From positions 2,287-66,286 of the forward strand of contig JALEQJ010000024.1 in assembly GCA_022764505.1 (NCBI GenBank): DNA of 64,000 bases, read 5' to 3'. Positions 7,965 through 18,132 of the stretch are shown here, piece by piece. Origin of the DNA: Phocaeicola sp. Lineage in GTDB: Bacteria; Bacteroidota; Bacteroidia; Bacteroidales; Bacteroidaceae. A program made the position numbers and the translations under genes. The notes beneath the pieces were generated by a model. That model was not told the DNA's origin and ran no database searches. It saw only the letters and a program-made list of their open reading frames with translations. Every line of letters begins with the position of its first letter. The stretch's first letter is position 1.

Positions 7965-10900
7965 TTATTTCAAGTCTTTGAGGAGTACTTCTACTGCTTT
8001 GCGTAGCTGTGCATCTTCTCCTTTCACTACCTCTTCCGGTGTGTTGAGAATAAGTACGTCCGGATTCAATTCTTGATTTTCCAAGTAAGAACCATCTGGA
8101 AGTCTATATCCTACTACAGGGATACCAAAGTACATAGAGGCATCTTGCATAGTTTCCCAGTTTACACTGGTCATAGTACCGGGAACAGGTGCACCTATGA
8201 GTTTTCCTATGCCTCTGTGCTTGTACACCCAAGGTGTGCCGTGTGCATTGGAATAATTGGCTTCGCATTGTACCATAATAGAGGGCTTGTTCCAACGACG
8301 ACTTGGCATATCGCAAGCCTCGTTTCCACGTACTACTTGTGTGAAGTATTTCTTTCCACTGAAGAGGATTTCTATGTCTTCGTGCAGGCGACCGCCACCA
8401 TTGAAACGAGTGTCTATCACGATACCTTCGCAGTGGTTGTATTTACCGAGAATATCTGCATATACTTCGCGGAAACTATCGTCTGCCATAGATTCTATAT
8501 GTACGTAGCCTAAGCGTCCGTTACTCCAGCGTTTCACGTCTTCTGCACGTTGTTTTACCCAACGTTTGTAGAGTAATCCGGACTGTGCACCGGCACTGAT
8601 AGGTTTGATTACCTCTTCCCAAGTATTTCCTTTCTCACCCTTGAAACCGAAAAGCGTTTTTTGTCCTACGAGTCCATTGAGCAAGGCATAGACATCTGTG
8701 TTTTCTGCTATTTCTGTGCCATTGATAGAGGTAAGAATATCTCCGGCTTTCACTTGAGAGCTTTTTCTGTCAAAAGGACCATCTTCTAAGACTTCTGCTA
8801 CTTTGAGACCTTTTCCTTTGTAATCCCAATCAAACAATAATCCCAATGTAGCGGTGGCATCTCCTGTGAATGCTTTTCTATACCCACTACCTGTATGAGA
8901 AACATTGAGCTCTCCGAGGTATTCGCTCAGCATTTCTGTGAAATCGTAGTTATTATCAATATGAGGGAGGAACTTACGATAATCCTTGGTCATACGTTCC
9001 CAGTCTACTCCGTGGAGATTTGTTACGTAGAAACGCTTCTTGATTTGCTTATAAACGTGTTCAAACTGTGCTGCACGTTCTGCAGCTAAGTCCAACGGCA
9101 TATTGACAGAGAAAGAAATAGCTTTCATACGCTCTCCGCTCACGTCCATTTTTTGGAAACTGCTACCCAGCAAGAATAAGGTCTTTCCGGATTTGTCCAG
9201 TTCCATTCCTGCCCAAGAAGTATTGAGCTTATGAAGAAGCTTGGTTTCTCTTTTGCGGAGAGATGTTTTCCACATATCATAACCGCCTTCAAAGCTGGAG
9301 AGATAGTAGAGTGTTTCTCCATCCGGTGTGATGATGGAAGAAGCTAAGTTGGAAGAGTTCATAGTAAGACGTACCATACGGTCTTCTATACCATCTATTT
9401 CTACCTTGATAGACTTATCTTCTTTTTCTTTCTCTGCGTTTTTGTCTTTCTTATCGTCCTTTTTCTCTTCTTTTTTGGCTTTGGCTTGTTCTTTTTCTAA
9501 TTCCTTGAGTAACTCGTAATCTTCTTTGTTCAAGCGATACTTGTCGTACGCATCTTGATTCATAAAGACAAGCATCACATCTTCCATAGAACCCCAAGAT
9601 GCGTGGTTGCGCATACCATATTTATCGGTGTGGAAGAGAATGGCATTGCCGTCCATTACCCAAATAGGAGAACTGCTGAAGTAACCGGTATTAGTAAGAT
9701 TGAGGACTTTTCCTTTGCCGTCTGCGGCTACAAGACCTATATCTGAATATGGATCGTGCTTATTGCCTATGATTTCTAAAGTAAACCATTTTCCATCTGG
9801 AGACCAAGCATAGTGAAAACCTCCATTGGTACCGAACCAAGTAGAGCCATCTGTGATTTGGCGTACAGCTTTGCTCTTTAAGTTCATTACTTTAAGTTCA
9901 TTACGGTTTTCTATGAATGCTACTTCTTTGCCATCAGGGCTGAATTGTGGCATAGTACGTTCTATACTGTTGGAAGGAAGTAGAGCCTCTTCTTTTATTT
10001 GTGTAGCATTGGGGAAGTTAGGGTCTTCCTTGCGGGCGATGGTAGCCATATATAATCCCCAGTTTCCTCCTCTTTCTGAGGCATATACTATGCTTCTATT
10101 GTCTGCACCGAAAGAAACACTGCTTTCTGCTTCCGGTGTATCTGTAATTTGCTTGGTAGTGCCATATTCTACAGAAGTAACAAAGACATTACCACGTACG
10201 ATAAATGCTATCTGCTTACCATCTGGAGAGACGGCGGCTGAACTTGCACCACGAGACATACGCAGGCGTGTAGGTATATTTTCGTCATCTCGAGTGAGGC
10301 TGATAGCTATTTTTGTAGGTTTTCCCCCCTTGGCTTGTGTGTAGATCTCGCCATCGTAAGTATAGCACAATGTACCGTTTTGAGCGATGGATAAGAAGCG
10401 TACCGGATGTGTTTTGAATTGGGTTACAGCTGTAGCTTGAGTGGGATTTTCTACAGATGCAGTATAGACATTGAATGAGCCTTTGTCTCGCTCGCTCAAG
10501 AAATAAAATTGTCCATCATTTCCCCATACGGGATTTCTGTCTTCTCCCGGGCGATTGGTCAAGTTGGTATGTTTCTTGGTTTTTACGTCGTAAATCCATA
10601 TATCTCTTGTGATAGAAGAAGTATGGTGCTTTCTCCATTCGTTTTCTCCTCCTTTTCTGTCTTGGTAAAGCAGTTTTTGACCACTCTTATCGTAAGCTAT
10701 CATTTCTGCCGGTGTAGCCAGAAACTGTTGAGTACGTCCACCTTCTACAGGCACGCTATATACTTCTGTCATAGCACCGGAAGGATAGAGTACGCTTTGT
10801 GCAGGGTCTTGCAACACCGCATTGTACAGTACATATTTACCATCTGGAGTAAATGCTGTAGGCAGTTCCGAAGCAGAATTGGTAGTAAGTCTGCGCGCGC

Positions 10901-11192
10901 TGCCTCCTTCCGAAGACATAATCATAACATCGAAACCTCCGAATCTATCGGACGCAAAAGCAATTTGCTTGCCATCTTTTGACCAAATGGGATTGGCTTC
11001 GTAAGATGCGGTAGTAGTGAGCTGTATAGCACGTCCTCCGGTAGCAGGAACCTTGTATATATCTCCTTTGTAACAAAACAAAATCTCTTGCCCAGAGGGA
11101 GAAATGCTCACATCTCTCAACCACAATGGGGTAGATGCCATAGCTGTACTTCCAGCAATGCACATCGCTAAGCTTAGCATGAGTTTCTTCAT
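7965..11192 (-). CDS. Tricorn-like S41 family peptidase (beta-propellers, PDZ, C-terminal protease)
   Basis: Signal peptide MKKLMLSLAM...A (start moved to 11192), repeated SPDGK/PD40 motifs, IDTRFNGGG and NYSNAH S41 motifs. Confidence 0.92.
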   Translation of the reverse strand: MKKLMLSLAMCIAGSTAMASTPLWLRDVSISPSGQEILFCYKGDIYKVPATGGRAIQLTTTASYEANPIWSKDGKQIAFASDRFGGFDVMIMSSEGGSARRLTTNSASELPTAFTPDGKYVLYNAVLQDPAQSVLYPSGAMTEVYSVPVEGGRTQQFLATPAEMIAYDKSGQKLLYQDRKGGENEWRKHHTSSITRDIWIYDVKTKKHTNLTNRPGEDRNPVWGNDGQFYFLSERDKGSFNVYTASVENPTQATAVTQFKTHPVRFLSIAQNGTLCYTYDGEIYTQAKGGKPTKIAISLTRDDENIPTRLRMSRGASSAAVSPDGKQIAFIVRGNVFVTSVEYGTTKQITDTPEAESSVSFGADNRSIVYASERGGNWGLYMATIARKEDPNFPNATQIKEEALLPSNSIERTMPQFSPDGKEVAFIENRNELKVMNLKSKAVRQITDGSTWFGTNGGFHYAWSPDGKWFTLEIIGNKHDPYSDIGLVAADGKGKVLNLTNTGYFSSSPIWVMDGNAILFHTDKYGMRNHASWGSMEDVMLVFMNQDAYDKYRLNKEDYELLKELEKEQAKAKKEEKKDDKKDKNAEKEKEDKSIKVEIDGIEDRMVRLTMNSSNLASSIITPDGETLYYLSSFEGGYDMWKTSLRKRETKLLHKLNTSWAGMELDKSGKTLFLLGSSFQKMDVSGERMKAISFSVNMPLDLAAERAAQFEHVYKQIKKRFYVTNLHGVDWERMTKDYRKFLPHIDNNYDFTEMLSEYLGELNVSHTGSGYRKAFTGDATATLGLLFDWDYKGKGLKVAEVLEDGPFDRKSSQVKAGDILTSINGTEIAENTDVYALLNGLVGQKTLFGFKGEKGNTWEEVIKPISAGAQSGLLYKRWVKQRAEDVKRWSNGRLGYVHIESMADDSFREVYADILGKYNHCEGIVIDTRFNGGGRLHEDIEILFSGKKYFTQVVRGNEACDMPSRRWNKPSIMVQCEANYSNAHGTPWVYKHRGIGKLIGAPVPGTMTSVNWETMQDASMYFGIPVVGYRLPDGSYLENQELNPDVLILNTPEEVVKGEDAQLRKAVEVLLKDLK

Positions 11193-11325
11193 ATATATTC
11201 GTTCAAATAGTTTATTTCTACAAAAATAGGAAAAGAAAGCGAAGCTACGCAAAGTATAGAAAGGGATTTTAAGTATATGCTTTGCTATGGACAAGAAGAA
11301 TAATATGAGTTTATGCAGAAATCTA

Positions 11326-11408
11326 TATTTCGTATTGTGGTTGATATAAACTTCCATCGTGGTTTATATAAACCACGCCACAGAACATATAAACTTCGGT
11401 ACGGAATA
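11326..11408 (-). repeat. Copy E of the 22-bp palindromic-unit intergenic repeat family
   Basis: ATATAAAC at 11344, 11366 and 11387; perfect 20-bp palindrome CGTGGTTTATATAAACCACG at 11358-11377; 25-nt identity (TATTCCGTACCGAAGTTTATATGTT, minus strand) with copy D. Confidence 0.85.
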
Positions 11409-11469
11409 AAGATAGCATCGTAATACTATCTGTGTAGCAAAGGTATATTTGATATAAAGAGAGGCTTGT

Positions 11470-12093
11470 TTAAGATAATTCTGGAGAGGCAGATAATATG
11501 CGCAGGCTTTCTACCTCTTGAAGTCTGCTTGTAAGACGTGGGTATTGGGCAAGCCTGATTTGTAAGGTCATAGTACAATCCATCTCAAAAGCTTGTGAGA
11601 GAATTTGGGGATTTTCTTCTTTGATGATGCGCATTACATCATTCAAAAACGGGTATTCAAAGCCTATGGTCAAGGCTCCGTCTACGGTTCGTTCTATAAT
11701 TTCTGCTGTTTCCAACGCCATAGCTGCAGCAGTTTTGTATGCTGAGATGAGTCCGCCTGTTCCCAATTTTATACCTCCGAAATAACGTACTACGATGATG
11801 AGAACATTGCTTACTTCTTTAGATTTTATTTGTCCCAATATGGGTTTCCCAGCTGTTCCGGAAGGTTCTCCATTGTCATTGGCACGAAAGATTTCTCCCT
11901 TTGCACCTATCATATATGCATAGCAAAGATGGCGAGCATCGTAGTATTTCTTCTGATAGAAAGCCAAGTGTTCTTTTACTTCTTCTACCGTTTGGACAGG
12001 GATAGCTATAGCAATAAATTTGCTGCGTTGCTCTGTGAAAATAGCCTCTGCTATAGCCGAAATGGTACGATACGTGTCTTTTTCTTCTATCAT
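11470..12093 (-). CDS. YigZ/IMPACT family protein
   Basis: SKFIA, HLCYAY, NDNGEPSGTAGKPIL and VVRYFGGIKLGTGGL motifs; start set at ATG 12093. Confidence 0.9.
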   Translation of the reverse strand: MIEEKDTYRTISAIAEAIFTEQRSKFIAIAIPVQTVEEVKEHLAFYQKKYYDARHLCYAYMIGAKGEIFRANDNGEPSGTAGKPILGQIKSKEVSNVLIIVVRYFGGIKLGTGGLISAYKTAAAMALETAEIIERTVDGALTIGFEYPFLNDVMRIIKEENPQILSQAFEMDCTMTLQIRLAQYPRLTSRLQEVESLRILSASPELS

Positions 12094-12105
12094 AATGAAA
12101 TAAAA

Positions 12106-12148
12106 TATCCCCGATAAGAGCAAATGTACACGCTACTTATCGGGGATA
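12106..12148 (-). terminator. Hairpin downstream of aspS
   Basis: 13-bp inverted repeat TATCCCCGATAAG...CTTATCGGGGATA with a large loop; T-run follows on the minus strand. Confidence 0.55.
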
Positions 12149-12157
12149 AAGAGAGGA

Positions 12158-13915
12158 TTATTCTTTTATGTCAATAACGAGATTGAGTTCGTCTAATTGT
12201 TTTTGATCTACATAGCTTGGAGCGTCCAGCATCACATCTCTGCCTGAATTGTTCTTTGGGAATGCGATACAGTCTCTGATAGAATCTAAACCAGCAAAGA
12301 GAGATACCCATCTATCCAATCCGTATGCCAAGCCTCCGTGTGGAGGAGCACCGTACTTGAAAGCATTCATAAGGAAGCCGAATTGTTCTTGTGCTTTTTC
12401 CGGAGTAAACCCTAAAATTTGGAACATCTTGGCTTGTAGTTCTGCATCGTAGATACGAATAGAACCGCCACCTACTTCTACACCATTGATGACCATATCG
12501 TAAGCATTGGCGCATACGGCTGCCGGATCTGTATCCAAGAGTGCTTTATCTTCCGGTTTTGGACTGGTGAATGGGTGGTGCATAGCCATAAGTCTGCCTT
12601 CTTCTTCGCTCCACTCAAACATAGGAAAGTCTACCACCCATAGACAAACGAAATGATTTTTATCTCTCAATCCTAATTGATTTCCCATTTCAAGGCGCAA
12701 CTCGCAAAGTTGCTTGCGGGTCTTCATAGTATCTTCTCCGCTTAGGATAAGAATGAGGTCGCCCGGTTCTGCTTGGAATTTGCTTTTGAGAGTTTGTAAG
12801 ACTTCTTGTGTATAAAATTTATCTACGCTGGATTTTACACTTCCGTCTGCTTCTACTCGTGCATACACGAGTCCCTTAGCACCTATTTGTGGACGTTTTA
12901 CGAAGTCTGTGAGTTGGTCTATTTGTTTGCGAGTGTAGCTTGCTGCACCTTTTGCACATATACCACCTATATATTCGGCATTATCAAATACAGAGAAACC
13001 ATATCCTTTGAGGGTGTCCATAAGTTCTACGAACTTCATATCAAAGCGCAAATCGGGTTTATCGCAGCCGTAATACTTCATTGCATCTGCCCACGGCATT
13101 CTGATGAATGGTTCTGTCAGTTCTATTCCTCTTAATTCACGGAATAGATGTTTAGCCATTCCTTCAAATGTTTCAATAATATCTTCTTGATCTATGAAAC
13201 TCATTTCGCAGTCTATTTGCGTGAATTCCGGTTGTCTATCGGCACGCAAGTCTTCGTCTCGGAAGCACTTTACTATTTGGAAGTATCTGTCAAAACCAGA
13301 CACCATAAGTAGCTGTTTCAGTGTTTGTGGAGATTGTGGCAATGCGTAGAATTGTCCGGGATTCATACGTGAAGGAACTACGAAATCTCTGGCACCTTCT
13401 GGTGTAGAGCCTATGAGCATAGGGGTTTCTACTTCTATGAAGCCTAAACTGTCTAAGTATCTTCTTACTTCGAGTGCCATTTTATGGCGAAGTTCCAAGT
13501 TCGCACGTACGGGATTTCTGCGTAAATCCAAATAACGATATTTCATACGCAGATCGTCTCCTCCGTCCGTTTGGTCTTCTATGGTGAAAGGAGGAGTTAA
13601 AGCAGCATTGAGTACTTGGAGTGCCGAAACCATAATTTCTATTTCTCCGGTAGGTATATGGTTATTCTTGCTGGCACGTTCGCTTACGGTTCCTTCTACT
13701 TGGATTACAAATTCTCTTCCGAGTTTGTTTGCTCTTTCGCAGAGTGTGGCATTTGCTTCTGTATTGAAGACAAGTTGGGTGATACCATATCTGTCACGAA
13801 GATCTACGAAAGTCATTCCTCCCATTTTGCGGGTACGTTGTACCCAACCCGCCAAGGTTACCTTTTTTCCTGAGTCTGCGAGACGCAACTCGCCACATGT
13901 GTGAGTTCTAAACAT
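12158..13915 (-). CDS. aspS: Aspartate--tRNA ligase
   Basis: [36 protein letters not shown] and [14 protein letters not shown] motifs. Confidence 0.98.
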   Translation of the reverse strand: MFRTHTCGELRLADSGKKVTLAGWVQRTRKMGGMTFVDLRDRYGITQLVFNTEANATLCERANKLGREFVIQVEGTVSERASKNNHIPTGEIEIMVSALQVLNAALTPPFTIEDQTDGGDDLRMKYRYLDLRRNPVRANLELRHKMALEVRRYLDSLGFIEVETPMLIGSTPEGARDFVVPSRMNPGQFYALPQSPQTLKQLLMVSGFDRYFQIVKCFRDEDLRADRQPEFTQIDCEMSFIDQEDIIETFEGMAKHLFRELRGIELTEPFIRMPWADAMKYYGCDKPDLRFDMKFVELMDTLKGYGFSVFDNAEYIGGICAKGAASYTRKQIDQLTDFVKRPQIGAKGLVYARVEADGSVKSSVDKFYTQEVLQTLKSKFQAEPGDLILILSGEDTMKTRKQLCELRLEMGNQLGLRDKNHFVCLWVVDFPMFEWSEEEGRLMAMHHPFTSPKPEDKALLDTDPAAVCANAYDMVINGVEVGGGSIRIYDAELQAKMFQILGFTPEKAQEQFGFLMNAFKYGAPPHGGLAYGLDRWVSLFAGLDSIRDCIAFPKNNSGRDVMLDAPSYVDQKQLDELNLVIDIKE

Positions 13916-13991
13916 ATATGAATGTCTTTATTTATTGAGTTTCAAAATTACAATTTGTTTTCTATAGCACAAGTGTACTTCTGTAGGAAAG

Positions 13992-14213
13992 CTATGCCTG
14001 AGTGCTTAATATCTCTTTAATTTGCTGTAGTAAAAGATAATCCGCAGTAAGATTCGGGTTATTTAATCCTTCTTTAGCCCGAATGAAAAGAATTTTGATC
14101 GTTTCTGCCAAGTTGGTCGTGCGTATGGCTTTGCTTATGATCAGTTCCTTAGGGAGATTTTCTTGTGTATCAAACCATTGTTTGAGTTCTGCCAATTCGT
14201 TTTCTGTATACAT
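13992..14213 (-). CDS. Small hypothetical protein (DUF6965-like)
   Basis: 73-aa ORF resembling Bacteroidales E..EL..WF...LP proteins; fills the gap co-directionally. Confidence 0.6.
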   Translation of the reverse strand: MYTENELAELKQWFDTQENLPKELIISKAIRTTNLAETIKILFIRAKEGLNNPNLTADYLLLQQIKEILSTQA

Positions 14214-14234
14214 ATAGCTTGCTTTTGAATTGTG

Positions 14235-16553
14235 TTAGAATGGGTATCCTACAGCAAAGTGGAAAGCAAAATCTCTGCTGAATTTAGGGTGGAAGAGAGG
14301 ATAACGCTCTTTTCCCGTATGCATAGGATTGATAGCTTTCATACCTGCATCAAAGCGGAGAATAAGAAAATCAAAATCAAATCTTAATCCGGCTCCATAG
14401 GATACAGCTATTTGTTTGTAGAATTTGTTGAACTTAAAATTTCCGTCTGTTTGATGTGCTCTTGGGTGTAGTGTCCAGATGTTTCCTGCATCAACAAAAA
14501 GTGCACCGTTGAGTTTCCAGAACAGATGCGTTCTGTATTCTATATTGAAATCCAGTTTGAGGTCGCCTGTATGGTTTACATAATCCAGTCCTGCTTTATT
14601 GCTACCATAACCTCCGGGTCCCAATGATCGTACTCTCCAGCCACGTACGCTATTGGCACCACCGGAGAAGTATAGCTTTTCAAAGGGTAAGATTTTGGAG
14701 TTGCCATAAGGGTAGGCTATGCCTAATCCTGCGTGGAATACCAAGGCGTTCTTACTGTCTATAAAATAATTCTTGGTGTATTCTATATCTCCTTTTATGT
14801 ATTGTGCAAAATTGATATTTGCCATTTTGTAGGCTTCTCCTTCTTTGGGAGCTTTGTTTACCCATTTAGAGAAAAGATAGAGTATATTTCCTGCTTCCTC
14901 TATGTTGAGGCGAATGGAATAAGAGTTTCTACGAGCTGCTTGTAACATACTACCACCTACACTGTTGTATGTAAATGTATATCCCATACGTGCTATCAGT
15001 TGGTTTTCATAGCTGAATCTGAGTAGTGGATTGAGGTCTTCCATACTATTAAGGTAGTCTATGAAAGTCTGCGATCTATAGGGCATATAAATGTAGTTGA
15101 TGTCTATCAAGTCTACTCTATGATGATACTTTTGTTTAGTATTCCATTTGTAGCTCCACGTAGCTGCTGCCAGTGTACGAGAAAATTCCGGACGAATCTG
15201 CCAGTTATATTTGGCACTCACTTCGGAGACTGCCGCTATTTTGCGCTTGAAGTTTTTGGATAAGAAAGGAAACTTAAATTCGGGGAATGTAAGAGAAGTT
15301 TCTATACCATATTCTTTATAGTTGCTTCCTGCGTATTCTTCCAGTCCTGTGATGGTTTCGTAAGCTCCTCTCAATTTCAAATTAAAATTTTCTCCACCTC
15401 TAAACACATTCCTATGTGTAAAGCCTATTCCAGCTGCTACTCCGAGATCTCCCGCAGAGTTGGTTCCTTCTATCTCAAAAGAAAAGGCTTTGTTCTTTTG
15501 GCGGGAAAGCAGGATATACGCATCTAACGCATTTTTCTCTTCCGAATTTCTCTCGAAATGTATATGGTAACTTCTTAAAATCCCCAATCTATTCAGAGCA
15601 GCATAAGTTTTTTCTACATTGCTGTACTTATAAGTAGAGTAGGGTGCAATATAATTGAAGTTCTGTAATAGCTTCTTTCTGAGAAATGGTTTCTTTCCTT
15701 GGAAATAAAACAAGTAAGGGTCTTCTCGGAAGATATTGTAGTTCAAAGGATTTTCGTTGAACTGTTCAATACTTTCTGTATCCAATAAAAAGTTGATATT
15801 GCGAATGGAAAAAGTATCTAAGGCAGCTACGTCCTCTTCTTGAAAAGGGTTATTCTGTTGTTTGAGAGTAAGAAATACGTTTTTGCTACCTTGGATAGTA
15901 TCTGCTTGGTAGCTGATATACTCTTTGTGAAACGTAAAATAGCCTTGATCTTGTAAGAGTCGTGCTATGCGTGTTCTTTCTTCGTCTAATTTGTTTACGT
16001 CCAGTTTCTCTCCCACTTTGATGAGGCTATGTACACTGTCTGTAGATAGTTTTTGCGCGATGAGTGGATTTTCGTATTCTCTGCCAATGCCCCCTATTAA
16101 GTAAGGAATGCCTGTATTTATCTGATAAATGGCTTTTAGCTTTTTGCGTTTGGAAAGGATCGTATCTTGCTTTACTGTAGCAGAGAGGTAACCTTTATTT
16201 CTTACGGCATTCTCTATTTGGACACGACTCTCTTCGGCTTTGGTAGCACTGTAAATAACGGGTGCTTCTCCCAGCCTTTTCCAAAATCTATAGGAAGACT
16301 TTGTGGAGTCCGTACCGGCAATGGCATAGATGCCCATAGGTATTTTGAATTTACCTAACCAGCGTGTATTGGGATTTTGTCTTATATACGAGGTAAATTC
16401 AGAAGGTTTTACTTCCTTGTTATTACTGAGAATTTCTACTTTGTCCAAGAGATATTCCTCTTCTGCCAAGAACTTTTGAACGGAGCAGGAGGGAAGTAGC
16501 AAGATGCCACATAAAATGCTGTATAAAAACTTGTGGGTATGTTCTCTTTTCAT
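14235..16553 (-). CDS. BamA/TamA (Omp85) family outer membrane protein
   Basis: Lipobox LLPSC, POTRA-like N-terminus, YFSGGANSVRGW and C-terminal FHFAVGYPF; start set at ATG 16553. Confidence 0.9.
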   Translation of the reverse strand: MKREHTHKFLYSILCGILLLPSCSVQKFLAEEEYLLDKVEILSNNKEVKPSEFTSYIRQNPNTRWLGKFKIPMGIYAIAGTDSTKSSYRFWKRLGEAPVIYSATKAEESRVQIENAVRNKGYLSATVKQDTILSKRKKLKAIYQINTGIPYLIGGIGREYENPLIAQKLSTDSVHSLIKVGEKLDVNKLDEERTRIARLLQDQGYFTFHKEYISYQADTIQGSKNVFLTLKQQNNPFQEEDVAALDTFSIRNINFLLDTESIEQFNENPLNYNIFREDPYLFYFQGKKPFLRKKLLQNFNYIAPYSTYKYSNVEKTYAALNRLGILRSYHIHFERNSEEKNALDAYILLSRQKNKAFSFEIEGTNSAGDLGVAAGIGFTHRNVFRGGENFNLKLRGAYETITGLEEYAGSNYKEYGIETSLTFPEFKFPFLSKNFKRKIAAVSEVSAKYNWQIRPEFSRTLAAATWSYKWNTKQKYHHRVDLIDINYIYMPYRSQTFIDYLNSMEDLNPLLRFSYENQLIARMGYTFTYNSVGGSMLQAARRNSYSIRLNIEEAGNILYLFSKWVNKAPKEGEAYKMANINFAQYIKGDIEYTKNYFIDSKNALVFHAGLGIAYPYGNSKILPFEKLYFSGGANSVRGWRVRSLGPGGYGSNKAGLDYVNHTGDLKLDFNIEYRTHLFWKLNGALFVDAGNIWTLHPRAHQTDGNFKFNKFYKQIAVSYGAGLRFDFDFLILRFDAGMKAINPMHTGKERYPLFHPKFSRDFAFHFAVGYPF

Positions 16554-16642
16554 TGTCTGTATAGGCAGAAATCTCTTTTTAGCCCACAAAGATATAGTTT
16601 TATCAAAAGAACTCCTTAGCTTTGTTTCTCAAAGTCTTCATT

Positions 16643-17395
16643 ATGATTAGTAAAAACAAACTAAAGTACATAAAATCCTTAGAAAGCAAGAAGAAAAGAA
16701 CAGAAGAGGGCGTTTTCTTAGCAGAAGGAAATAAGCTTGTAGCAGATCTTTACGGGCATTTCCCTTGTAAGTTACTACTTTGTACGGAGGTATGGCGAGC
16801 ACATTTTCCTATGGTAACAGCAGAAGAAACGATCATAGTAACAGAGGCTGAAATGGAGCGAGCCAGCTTACAAAAATCCCCCCAACAAGTTTTGGCTGTG
16901 TTTGAACAGCCCAAAGGGCATTTTCCGGCGGATATTCTCGCTCAGGAGCTTTGCTTAGCTTTGGACAATGTGCAGGATCCGGGAAATCTTGGTACCATTA
17001 TCCGTATAGCAGATTGGTTTGGTATATCTCATCTCTTTTGTTCTTATGGTACAGCAGATGTTTTCAATCCCAAGACGATACAGTCTACTATGGGAGCTTT
17101 GGCACGCGTACAAGTGCATTATGTAGACTTGAAGTCCTTTATAGAGGCACAGCCGGAAGCACCTGTCTATGGAACTTTCTTAGATGGCAATGATATATAT
17201 GAAGAGACTCTCTCTATGAACGGATTGATTATTATGGGGAATGAGGGCAGAGGTATTTCGGACGAAATAGCAGCGTGTGTATCTCATCGTTTGTTCATAC
17301 CCTCTTATCCCCCCAACACTCCTACCAGCGAATCACTCAATGTAGGTATGGCTACGAGTATTGTCTGTGCAGAGTTTCGTCGTAGAATGCGTTAA
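16643..17395 (+). CDS. TrmH/SpoU family RNA methyltransferase
   Basis: LDNVQDPGNLGTIIRIADWFG, GNEGRGIS and ESLNVGMA motifs. Confidence 0.92.
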   Translation: MISKNKLKYIKSLESKKKRTEEGVFLAEGNKLVADLYGHFPCKLLLCTEVWRAHFPMVTAEETIIVTEAEMERASLQKSPQQVLAVFEQPKGHFPADILAQELCLALDNVQDPGNLGTIIRIADWFGISHLFCSYGTADVFNPKTIQSTMGALARVQVHYVDLKSFIEAQPEAPVYGTFLDGNDIYEETLSMNGLIIMGNEGRGISDEIAACVSHRLFIPSYPPNTPTSESLNVGMATSIVCAEFRRRMR

Positions 17396-18120
17396 TCTTC
17401 CTCCAGAAGCAGCGTTCTCTTAGGAGCTATCGTAAGGATAGAGAAATAGGGAAAGTCTTTTTCTAAAATATCTTCCGGTGAAGTAGTAAAATAGAATCTC
17501 TCTTCTACGCTTACATTTTCGGAATATCTGTATACGTACTGATGAGGATAAGTGCGGATAAACTCTTTCACAGCTTCCTTACAACGAGAGAGTTTCATAA
17601 TAACCACTGTATGATGGGTCTGCATATATTGCTCCAATTCCTCTGTAGACACATTGCCCGGAACTACAGCCAAGCGTTCTTCCAATAAAATAAGGGGGAA
17701 GTTCTCTGTTTCTGTAGCAGCTATGAAAGAAGGTATACCACATTCCTGCTGAATGGCGATACCTTTCTTTTGGATATAATTCATCATATAGTGAATGGAA
17801 GCATAGATACTGATGTCCCCTTCTGCTGCCACTACGATTTTCTTTCCTGTACGGTATTCTGCTATGATGGTTTCTGCCGCATTTGTATACGCTTCTTTGG
17901 CATAACTTCTATCCGGAGACATAGGTAGTACGAAGGTGTGTATTTTTTCTTCTTCTATGCCTAAGTCCGAGATAACTGTTTTTGCTCTGGAGCCTGTCTT
18001 GCTACCCATTTTCGTAGCCGGGCAAAGTATAAAATCTGCTTCTTGTAGCAGGTGTAATACACGAAGTGTTACCAAATCCGGTTTGCCCGGACCTAAAGAA
18101 ACGAAGTGAATAAGATTCAT
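17392..18120 (-). CDS. cobI: Precorrin-2 / cobalt-factor II C20-methyltransferase-like tetrapyrrole methylase
   Basis: VSLGPGKPDLVTLR, EGDISIYAS, GIPSF and VVIMKLS motifs. Confidence 0.75.
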   Translation of the reverse strand: MNLIHFVSLGPGKPDLVTLRVLHLLQEADFILCPATKMGSKTGSRAKTVISDLGIEEEKIHTFVLPMSPDRSYAKEAYTNAAETIIAEYRTGKKIVVAAEGDISIYASIHYMMNYIQKKGIAIQQECGIPSFIAATETENFPLILLEERLAVVPGNVSTEELEQYMQTHHTVVIMKLSRCKEAVKEFIRTYPHQYVYRYSENVSVEERFYFTTSPEDILEKDFPYFSILTIAPKRTLLLEED

Positions 18121-18132
18121 AGATTTTTGAAA

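Noticed and set aside
9420-9500. Purine/pyrimidine-skewed low-complexity tract in the protease gene
   Set aside because: It encodes a Lys/Glu/Asp-rich linker typical of tricorn-like proteases; it is not a DNA element.
11193-11357. 55-aa N-terminal extension of the tricorn protease in the ORF track
   Set aside because: It runs through the promoter box and repeat copy E; a normal signal peptide begins at 11192.
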